A DNA stretch of 64,000 nt from Minisyncoccia bacterium (GTDB taxonomy: Bacteria; Patescibacteriota; Minisyncoccia; Phycocordibacterales; UBA918), in NCBI GenBank assembly GCA_041742075.1, contig JBGSJJ010000015.1:1132-65131 (forward strand). Reading direction: 5' to 3'. Of the stretch, positions 18,971 through 26,743 are shown in pieces. Made by a program: the position numbers and the translations under genes. The notes beneath the pieces were generated by a model, which saw nothing but the letters and a program-made list of their open reading frames with translations, was not told where the DNA came from and searched no databases. Each line of letters begins with the position of its first letter. Positions within the stretch are counted from its first letter, which is position 1.

Positions 18971-21900
18971 ATGCCAGAAAAGCTGTTACAGTCTGACTTT
19001 ATCCATTTGCATGTGCACTCGCACTATTCCCTCCTTAATGCCATCCCGACCCCTAAAGAGCTAGCTGGAGCCGCCAAAGCTGACAGGCAAGAGGCGCTCG
19101 CCTTAACTGACAACGGCGCTCTCTATGGCACCATCGACTTTATTAAAGCCTGCAAGAAACAAGACATAAAACCAATTATCGGGATTGACGCCTATATGGC
19201 ACCACGGACTCGGTTTGATACTGAAGGCAATCTCGACAAACCACGCGCACGGTTGGTCTTGCTCGCTAAGAATAATGACGGCTACAAAAACCTCATCCAG
19301 CTCGTCACTCTTAGTAACACGGAGGGTTTTTACTATCGTCCCCGTCTCGATCGTGAACTCTTAGCTCGATTTGCTAGCGACCTTATCTGCATCCTTCCTT
19401 CATTTGCCGGTGAGACGACACAGCATTTAAAAAACAATGATCTGGAGAAAGCGAGTGCCGACCTTGATTGGTACAAAAAAACTTTCGGAACAGACTCTTA
19501 CCTTGAGATTACCCATCACCCTGAAATGCTTGACCACACGGCCCTCCAGTCAAAAATAAAACAACTTGCTTCAAGTTCGAATACGCCACTCGTAGCCGCG
19601 CACGACGTGTACTATCTAGAGAAGACTGACGCGGTCGCCCGGGAAGCGATGATAAAAATCCAGAATGGTGGTGTGGTTGACATCCATGAGGAACGGTCAG
19701 AAGACTTCTCTTTTATTACTCAAGCACAAGCACGAGAATTTTTTAAAGACAACCCCGAGGCGCTTTTGAACACCGTCAAAATCGCTGAAGCGTGTACTAT
19801 CGATATTCCCGTTGGCACCAAGTGGTACTTCCCTGACTACATCATCCAAAGTGGTAAAGCTCCTGACGATGAGCTCAAGGAACTCGCCTACGCCGGTGTG
19901 CCGTGGCGTGGTCTTTCACTCGATGACGAACTTATAAAAACGCGACTCGATTACGAACTTGAAGTGATTAAGAACAAAGGCTACGCCAAATACTTTCTCG
20001 TGGTCGGTGACTTGCTTCGCGAAGCGCGCGAGCGCGGTATTCTCACCACCATTCGAGGTTCAGTGGCTGGTTCACTCACCACCTATGTACTCGGTATCAC
20101 CAACGTAGACCCGATTGAGTACAAACTCCCCTTCGAGCGTTTTCTCAACCCTGAGCGACCGTCTGCACCCGATATCGACATGGACTACGCCGATAACCGT
20201 CGTGACGAAATAATCGAGTACGCAAAGCAAAAATATGGCGAGGATAAGGTAGCGCAAATCGGCACCTTCGGTACCATGATGGCGCGCGCAGCCGTGCGCG
20301 ACGTCGCGCGTGCCCTTGGCCACCCCTATGGTACCGGCGACCGTATCGCCAAACTCATCCCGATGGGTAGCCAGGGCTTTCCAATGACGATTAAGCGTGC
20401 GCTCGAGCTAGAGCCCGAGCTTCAAAAACTCTATAAGCAAGACGAGGAGTCGCGTGACGTCATTGACTTAGCGAAAAAGATTGAAGGCCGGGTGCGTCAC
20501 TTAGGTGTACATGCAGCGGGAGTTGTTATTGCGCCTGCCCCACTCTCGGAATTCGTACCAATTCAGCTCGATTCTAAAACTGGCAAGTTTATTACGCAGT
20601 ACGAAATGCACAGTGTGGGTGAAGACGGTGTTGGACTTTTGAAGTTCGACTTCCTGGGTATAAAAAATCTTTCTATTTTGGCTGACGCCGTTGAGCGTGT
20701 AAAGAAGATTCAAAAAATTGATATCGATATTGAAAATATTCCACTTGACGACATAAAGACTTTCGCCATGCTGGCTGCCGGACAGACGATGGGTCTATTT
20801 CAATTGAACGGTTCAGGCATGACGTCGTTTTTAAAACAACTCAAACCATCTTCGATTCACGACATAAACGCGATGGTCGCCTTGTATCGTCCCGGACCAA
20901 TGGAATCTATCCCTCAGTATATTGAACGCAAAAATAATCCGTCACTTGTGACGTATCTCGATCCTCGCATGGAAACCATCCTCGACCGTTCGTACGGGGT
21001 GATTACCTACCAAGACGACGTTATGACCATTGCTCGCTTGCTCGCTGGGTACAGTTGGCTAGAGGCAGACATTTTACGAAAAGCGATGGGAAAGAAAATT
21101 CCCGAGGTCATGGCCGCCGAAAAAGACAAGCTCATAAACGGCTTCCGCGATTTTGGAAAGCTCACACCAGCGCTTGGAGAAAAAATCTGGAAACTGATTG
21201 AACCGTTTGCGGCCTATGGGTTTAACAAAGCGCACGCCGCCAGTTACGGGCGGGTTGCGTACCAAACAGCGTACATGAAGGCTAACTTCCCGGTTGAGTA
21301 CATGTCCGCGGTACTCACCGCTGACTCTGGTGATACTGAAAAGATAGCCGAAATCATCCACGAGTGTGAACGCATGGGTATTGAAGTACTGCCGCCAGAC
21401 ATCAATGAATCCTTCGCGCCATTTTCGGTAGTACCAGCAAGTGGTGACACGCCAGCGCGGATCCGTTTTGGTCTCACGACTATCAAAAACTTCGGTGAAG
21501 GGATTGCCCACGCCATCATTACAGAGCGTAAAGCGAATGGTCCGTTTGAATCACTGTCTGACCTCCTCACCCGCGTGCAAGACAAAAACCTCAACAAGAA
21601 ATCCCTCGAAGCACTGATTATGGTGGGAGCGCTTGATCGTTTTAACGAACGCGGACTGCTCCAGCAAAACTTAGAATCAATTCTGGCCTGGAGTAAAGAA
21701 AGTAGTGCTGGTAAAGAAGCTAACCAAACCTCCCTCTTCGGCTCAAGTAGTGAAGGTATCCACGCCCTTACGCTCGCTCCCGCTGACCCAGCCACCACTG
21801 AGCAAAAGCTACTCTGGGAAAAAGAACTCCTCGGCGTCTACGTGTCTGGACACCCGCTCCAGCAGTACGAAGCTGAACTCAAAGCCCGTGCTTCAATCAA

Positions 21901-22225
21901 GGCTATTAAGGAGGACATGCGAAATGGTATTCCAGTGGTGACTGCTGGTATGGTAGAAACTGTCCGCGAACTCCTGACGAAAAAAGGCGACAAGATGGCT
22001 TTTGTGCTTCTCACCAACGAAACTGACGCCATTGAGATGGTTGCCTTCCCAGAAGTCTACAGGGCTAGTCGTGAACTACTTATGCCTGGCCAATGTATCG
22101 CCGTCAAAGGAAAACTCACTATCCGAAACGACGAACCGAGCATTGCCCTTGAGAAAGTGAAGTCACTGGCTCCAGCGCAAGCGAGCTTAGCACCACTGGT
22201 TGACACCACAAGCCTAAAGACATAA
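18971..22225 (+). CDS. dnaE: DNA polymerase III alpha subunit
   Basis: PHP HLHVHSHYS, FERFLNPERPSAPDIDMD, GLLKFDFLG, YGFNKAHA and C-terminal OB fold. Confidence 0.97.
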   Translation: MPEKLLQSDFIHLHVHSHYSLLNAIPTPKELAGAAKADRQEALALTDNGALYGTIDFIKACKKQDIKPIIGIDAYMAPRTRFDTEGNLDKPRARLVLLAKNNDGYKNLIQLVTLSNTEGFYYRPRLDRELLARFASDLICILPSFAGETTQHLKNNDLEKASADLDWYKKTFGTDSYLEITHHPEMLDHTALQSKIKQLASSSNTPLVAAHDVYYLEKTDAVAREAMIKIQNGGVVDIHEERSEDFSFITQAQAREFFKDNPEALLNTVKIAEACTIDIPVGTKWYFPDYIIQSGKAPDDELKELAYAGVPWRGLSLDDELIKTRLDYELEVIKNKGYAKYFLVVGDLLREARERGILTTIRGSVAGSLTTYVLGITNVDPIEYKLPFERFLNPERPSAPDIDMDYADNRRDEIIEYAKQKYGEDKVAQIGTFGTMMARAAVRDVARALGHPYGTGDRIAKLIPMGSQGFPMTIKRALELEPELQKLYKQDEESRDVIDLAKKIEGRVRHLGVHAAGVVIAPAPLSEFVPIQLDSKTGKFITQYEMHSVGEDGVGLLKFDFLGIKNLSILADAVERVKKIQKIDIDIENIPLDDIKTFAMLAAGQTMGLFQLNGSGMTSFLKQLKPSSIHDINAMVALYRPGPMESIPQYIERKNNPSLVTYLDPRMETILDRSYGVITYQDDVMTIARLLAGYSWLEADILRKAMGKKIPEVMAAEKDKLINGFRDFGKLTPALGEKIWKLIEPFAAYGFNKAHAASYGRVAYQTAYMKANFPVEYMSAVLTADSGDTEKIAEIIHECERMGIEVLPPDINESFAPFSVVPASGDTPARIRFGLTTIKNFGEGIAHAIITERKANGPFESLSDLLTRVQDKNLNKKSLEALIMVGALDRFNERGLLQQNLESILAWSKESSAGKEANQTSLFGSSSEGIHALTLAPADPATTEQKLLWEKELLGVYVSGHPLQQYEAELKARASIKAIKEDMRNGIPVVTAGMVETVRELLTKKGDKMAFVLLTNETDAIEMVAFPEVYRASRELLMPGQCIAVKGKLTIRNDEPSIALEKVKSLAPAQASLAPLVDTTSLKT

Positions 22226-22264
22226 AGTGACATTAGGAAATCAAGAACTAGTGGAAAATGAACC

Positions 22265-22843
22265 ATGCTTCATGCCCATAGACTTATCTTGGCTTGGGGT
22301 GGTACTCCAGTGTTTCTGGAATTAGGTGACATACACCTACCATCTGATTCAAAAAAACAAGCACTTGTTGATCTTTCAGTAACACGCACTCACGATACTC
22401 ACCAAGTAGCGTTCAAGCCCCAAGCTGGCCCTTTGTCTTGGTTATATTTCATTATGTGTTCTAAAGTTCATTCCCCTATTATGGCTTCAGTCTCATTCAG
22501 GAGTGAAGAGTGCACTTTAAACAATCAGATGCGACTCTGGTTGGATGACTTCATCCGCGACCGGGTTGAAACAGCCTGGTCAAGGACTAAGTTTACTCTG
22601 GTAGCCACCAGCCCAATTGCACCTGAAATCTCAGGTGACTCAGAACACTTTGAGTTCAGTATTAGACTCAGCCAGCCGAACACTGGTTTGGTACAACTTA
22701 CTTCATTACCAAATCTCCAAATCCATTGGACTGAACTCCTCCCGAAAGGACCTTACCGAACGAGAATACATGAAGCTTTTCAAGAATACTACCGTCTTAG
22801 AAAGCAACTCAAGAAACGTCCACGATTGGTAGAAGTCACCTAA
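22265..22843 (+). CDS. Hypothetical protein
   Basis: 192-aa ORF after dnaE, followed by hairpin 22853-22883; no recognisable motif. Confidence 0.55.
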   Translation: MLHAHRLILAWGGTPVFLELGDIHLPSDSKKQALVDLSVTRTHDTHQVAFKPQAGPLSWLYFIMCSKVHSPIMASVSFRSEECTLNNQMRLWLDDFIRDRVETAWSRTKFTLVATSPIAPEISGDSEHFEFSIRLSQPNTGLVQLTSLPNLQIHWTELLPKGPYRTRIHEAFQEYYRLRKQLKKRPRLVEVT

Positions 22844-22957
22844 TCTTATCTATGCACCGACCTTCTCTCTTGGGTCGGTGCAATTTTTGACATAATCTAT
22901 TTTAAATGCATAATATAAATCGAATACACGTACACTGTTCACCTGAAGGAGACTTAC

Positions 22958-23374
22958 ATGGACATCAAGTCGCTAGAATTGCTGGTTCGAACATGGGCAA
23001 ATGAACAATCTCTCCCCTCTGCGGGGGTAACTGTCACAGTCTCAATTGTCTGCGCCGGAGATGGTCTTTCCACCCAAGCCACCATTGAGAGTACCGACAA
23101 CAACATTCTTCTTATGGACTTTCTTTCTGAAGAAAACTTTGAAGCAGCCGGTGTGCCGGCAAAGATTAATTTAATCAGAATTAGGAACGTACTACGTAAC
23201 ACCGCTGGAGACACGTACAACGACTTCCCGGACATCCGCTACTGTACCGTAGATGAATTCGTCAATCGAGTTACTGAGCGATCACTGCTCATGCAGCCGA
23301 ACTTCAGTAGAAAGTCGTTGACCTGCCTTAACCAAGTTCTCAAGCACCACGGATACCCCCAATTTCGCCCATGA
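22958..23374 (+). CDS. Stand-alone RNA polymerase alpha-CTD-like protein
   Basis: IRIRNVLRN...TVDEFVNRVTERSLLMQPNFSRKSLTCLNQVLKHHG resembles alpha-CTD (VRSANCL...[23 protein letters not shown]). Own promoter, SD AAGGAG and terminator hairpin. Confidence 0.7.
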   Translation: MDIKSLELLVRTWANEQSLPSAGVTVTVSIVCAGDGLSTQATIESTDNNILLMDFLSEENFEAAGVPAKINLIRIRNVLRNTAGDTYNDFPDIRYCTVDEFVNRVTERSLLMQPNFSRKSLTCLNQVLKHHGYPQFRP

Positions 23375-23451
23375 CAATACCCGCGCCGACCCCCAAGGGG
23401 TCGGCGCGATTTCTTTTGTTGACAATCTACCTTGGCACGCTAGTATGTATA

Positions 23452-23680
23452 CACATTCAGAGATTGCTTCGGCTACCAACCGAGGAGGTATACAGTCTCT
23501 ACCTATCATCAATGATAGGTAGAGACAACCTACGATATTAGTCTAATCTGACCCTTAAGTGCTGACGAGAAAACACTTGTCAGAAACTCGGTGGAACCGC
23601 GGTTACAAGTACCCTTTCGGTACTTAAAAATCGTCCGAGTGAGCACACGAACTTTCGTGTATTCACTCGGACGATTTTTC
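23452..23680 (+). promoter_or_regulatory. T-box riboswitch leader of thrS
   Basis: Promoter TTGACA-16-TAGTAT (23419-23446); T-box GGTGGAACCGCG at 23590-23601; antiterminator ACTCGG/CCGAGT competing with terminator 23626-23679. Confidence 0.85.
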
Positions 23681-23705
23681 AGTTATTAGTTTTAATTACT
23701 CACCT

Positions 23706-25460
23706 ATGCCAGAACAATTAGAAAAGACTCGACACACCCTCGCCCACCTGCTTGCGAAAGCTGTGTTGGTAAACTTTCCGCACGCCAAGCCCACTATCGG
23801 TCCGGCTATCGAGACGGGTTTTTACTATGACTTTGACTTCAGTGGTGGCGCGAGCCCAAGTGATGCCGACCTCAAAGTCCTTCAGACCACTATGCGCAAA
23901 ATGCTGAGTTCATGGACAGAGTTCTCCCACCGGGAAGTCAGCCCAGACGAAGCCCGAGCGGTTTTTGTGGGGAATCAGTTCAAACTAGAACTGATTGAAG
24001 AATTGGCAGAGAAAGGTGAGACTATAACACTATATACCGTTGGGTCTGGCAAAACTGAGTTTACCGACCTCTGTCGTGGTGGACACAGCGCGAGCCCAGC
24101 GAATGAAATCAGCGCTGATAGTTTCAAGCTGGATAAAGTTGCTGGTGCCTACTGGCGAGGCGATGAGAAAAATCCAATGCTCGTGCGTATCTACGGACTC
24201 GCATTTGCTGACAAAGATGGACTTGAAGCCTACGAAACACAATTGGCCGAAGCTAAAAAACGCGACCATCGAAAACTTGGGAAAGAACACGACCTCTTCA
24301 CCTTTTCAGAACTTGTCGGTTCTGGTCTACCGCTCTGGACTCCAAAAGGCACCGTCATCCGTCACGAACTCGATACGTTCATCTGGAAACTCCGCGAAAA
24401 GCATGGCTACCAACGAGTAACCATTCCCCACATCACCAAGAAAGACCTGTATGTCACGTCCGGTCACTGGGAAAAATTTGCCGATGAGTTGTTCCGTATC
24501 ACCACTCGCGAAGGTAAAGAATACGCTCTTAAGCCAATGAACTGTCCGCACCACACGCAGATTTTTGACCGTCAACCACACAGCTACCGTGACATGCCGG
24601 CTCGCTACGCTGAGACCACTATGGTCTACCGCGATGAGCAATCAGGCGAGCTGGGTGGACTTACCCGGGTACTTTCCATCACCCAAGACGACTCACACGT
24701 ATTTTGCCGCCACTCTCAGATTAAGGAAGAGTTCTTCCGCGTTTGGGACATCATCGACACCTTCTATGGAACCTTCGGTTTCAATCTTCGCGTGCGTCTA
24801 TCTTTCCACGAACCGACAGAGATGGAAAAGTACCTTGGCACGAAAGAGATTTGGGAGAATGCTGAGAATGCCCTTAGAGACATAGCGATAGAGCGTAAAG
24901 CAGATTACTTTGAAGCACCAGGCGAAGCCGCTATGTACGGACCGAAGCTCGACTTCATGGCCAAAGACTCCATTGGTCGTGAGCACCAAGTGGCGACCAT
25001 TCAGCTTGATATGAACCTCCCAGAACGCTTTGACCTTACCTGCATCAATGAAAAAGGTGAGAAAGAGCGTATCGTGATGATGCACTGCGCTATTATGGGG
25101 TCTATCGAACGCTTTACCGCAGTCTTGATTGAGCACCTTGGTGGCAACTTCCCGCTTTGGCTCGCTCCAGTTCAGGTAGCCATCATCCCGGTATCTGAAG
25201 TTCACGATGCCTACGCCACGCAAGTACACCAGGCACTCCGGGCTATCGGCATTCGAGCTGACTACTACGGCGACAATGACTCGATGGGCAAAAAGATTCG
25301 GACTGCCAAGCAAGCCAAACTTCCCTACTTCGTCGTCATCGGTGACAAGGAAGTGGAAGCAAAGAATGTGACCCTTGAAAGTCGTGATGGTGAATCTAGG
25401 CAAATTGACCTACACGCGCTCGGCAATCATCTCCTCACTGAAATTGAGGTGAAGAAGTAG
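23706..25460 (+). CDS. thrS: Threonine--tRNA ligase (no N-terminal TGS domain)
   Basis: RHTLAH, DLCRGGH, RDHRKLG, LKPMNCPHH, YGPKLD, GSIERF and anticodon-binding domain. Confidence 0.97.
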   Translation: MPEQLEKTRHTLAHLLAKAVLVNFPHAKPTIGPAIETGFYYDFDFSGGASPSDADLKVLQTTMRKMLSSWTEFSHREVSPDEARAVFVGNQFKLELIEELAEKGETITLYTVGSGKTEFTDLCRGGHSASPANEISADSFKLDKVAGAYWRGDEKNPMLVRIYGLAFADKDGLEAYETQLAEAKKRDHRKLGKEHDLFTFSELVGSGLPLWTPKGTVIRHELDTFIWKLREKHGYQRVTIPHITKKDLYVTSGHWEKFADELFRITTREGKEYALKPMNCPHHTQIFDRQPHSYRDMPARYAETTMVYRDEQSGELGGLTRVLSITQDDSHVFCRHSQIKEEFFRVWDIIDTFYGTFGFNLRVRLSFHEPTEMEKYLGTKEIWENAENALRDIAIERKADYFEAPGEAAMYGPKLDFMAKDSIGREHQVATIQLDMNLPERFDLTCINEKGEKERIVMMHCAIMGSIERFTAVLIEHLGGNFPLWLAPVQVAIIPVSEVHDAYATQVHQALRAIGIRADYYGDNDSMGKKIRTAKQAKLPYFVVIGDKEVEAKNVTLESRDGESRQIDLHALGNHLLTEIEVKK

Positions 25461-25492
25461 AAATTACTTCATACTCATACCCTCTGTCGTAA

Positions 25493-25526
25493 AGCAAAAC
25501 CTTTCATTCGAATGAAAGGTTTTGCT
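25493..25526. repeat. 34-bp perfect palindrome, family B (probably also a bidirectional terminator)
   Basis: AGCAAAACCTTTCATTC|GAATGAAAGGTTTTGCT. Confidence 0.75.
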
Positions 25527-25597
25527 GTCTAAGTTATGTGCATACACCACTACGTCAAAACATTTGTGGTGTCGCAATTTTCGCACCCTCGACAAAT

Positions 25598-26527
25598 CTA
25601 GAATGCGAGCTCCTTGCCATTCGGCAAAACAACCGTACTGTTATCTTTCCACACGATACCGGCATCCTGAAGTGCTTTTCTGAATTCCATTGCCATATCA
25701 TATCGCTCAGGACTTTCATTGAGGTCACTTTCAGAAAGTAACACTTGGGTTCTCCCCGTTGTTACATCAAAGCCATGCAACATTCCGTTTGGACAACCTT
25801 CACCGCAATTGAGCGTGGTAATTATCGCTTTGGTTCCAGACGCATTCCATGTCATATCGTCAAATCCGTAGTTAGCGACAGTTGTTTCAAAATCAGGCTT
25901 TAGAGGTATTTTAATGATTGCGCTTGAACTTACATCGATTACATGGGTTATGTACGTGTAATCCCAACACATACCATCAGGTGGAGTACACCTTCTATCA
26001 TTAGTGAGAATATGTAGTAGTGACTGGGAGCTGTTAGTTGAAGTTGCGTGTGTGAAATTTCCTTCATTAAAACCAACAGCTTCTAAAACAAAGGCTTTCT
26101 CAAATGTATCAGTATCAAATTCCTCAATAATGAGTAGCTCGTTATTCCACTCAAGTACGTACGCACCCTTACCCAAACAAACATCATTCTCACTCACATA
26201 ATAACCCCAACCACACACCTGATGCACAAAACCCGTTTTACCTTGCCTAGAAAAAGAACGCGAGCCGATAACGTTGCCCCATTCTAGCTCACGGTAATTA
26301 CCACTCTTATACGAGTCATCACTGTTTGTACCTGAAGGCTCCATCACTTTAGAAAGTCGTTCTTCTAATAAGCTAATCTGCTCATTCAATAAGCGGATAT
26401 TCTGGTCATACGTCGTTACTAACGTATTCTTGTTTTGGCTTTGCTCAGTAATAAATAACCCTCCACTGACGAGTATTACTACGAGTAAACTTATCAGTCC
26501 TAAAATTGCGTACCGCGTGTTTTGCAT
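25598..26527 (-). CDS. Hypothetical membrane-anchored exported protein
   Basis: N-terminal TM, short coiled coil, beta-rich domain with three close Cys pairs (e.g. CGEGC). Confidence 0.7.
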   Translation of the reverse strand: MQNTRYAILGLISLLVVILVSGGLFITEQSQNKNTLVTTYDQNIRLLNEQISLLEERLSKVMEPSGTNSDDSYKSGNYRELEWGNVIGSRSFSRQGKTGFVHQVCGWGYYVSENDVCLGKGAYVLEWNNELLIIEEFDTDTFEKAFVLEAVGFNEGNFTHATSTNSSQSLLHILTNDRRCTPPDGMCWDYTYITHVIDVSSSAIIKIPLKPDFETTVANYGFDDMTWNASGTKAIITTLNCGEGCPNGMLHGFDVTTGRTQVLLSESDLNESPERYDMAMEFRKALQDAGIVWKDNSTVVLPNGKELAF

Positions 26528-26633
26528 ATAAATATGTTAGCACGAAAAATCCCAGACAGTATGTCTGGGATTTTTCGTGCTTAGCGTAGCCAAGTCAGAA
26601 GTGCAACTTTTATGCCTTAATCACAAGCGTAGG

Positions 26634-26735
26634 AAAATTTTCCGCTACGAGACGTACGAGGAAAATGGTACGAGTCGTATTCAATATACGATGAGAACCA
26701 TTTTACCGAAGTACAACGACGTAGAGGAAGATTTT
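26634..26735 (+). repeat. REP-like long imperfect hairpin, family A
   Basis: AAAATTTTCC...GAGTCGTAT-N5-ATACGATGAG...AACGACGTAG...GGAAGATTTT, 8 nt from the stop of the 933-aa gene. Confidence 0.7.
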
Positions 26736-26743
26736 AACAAGCT

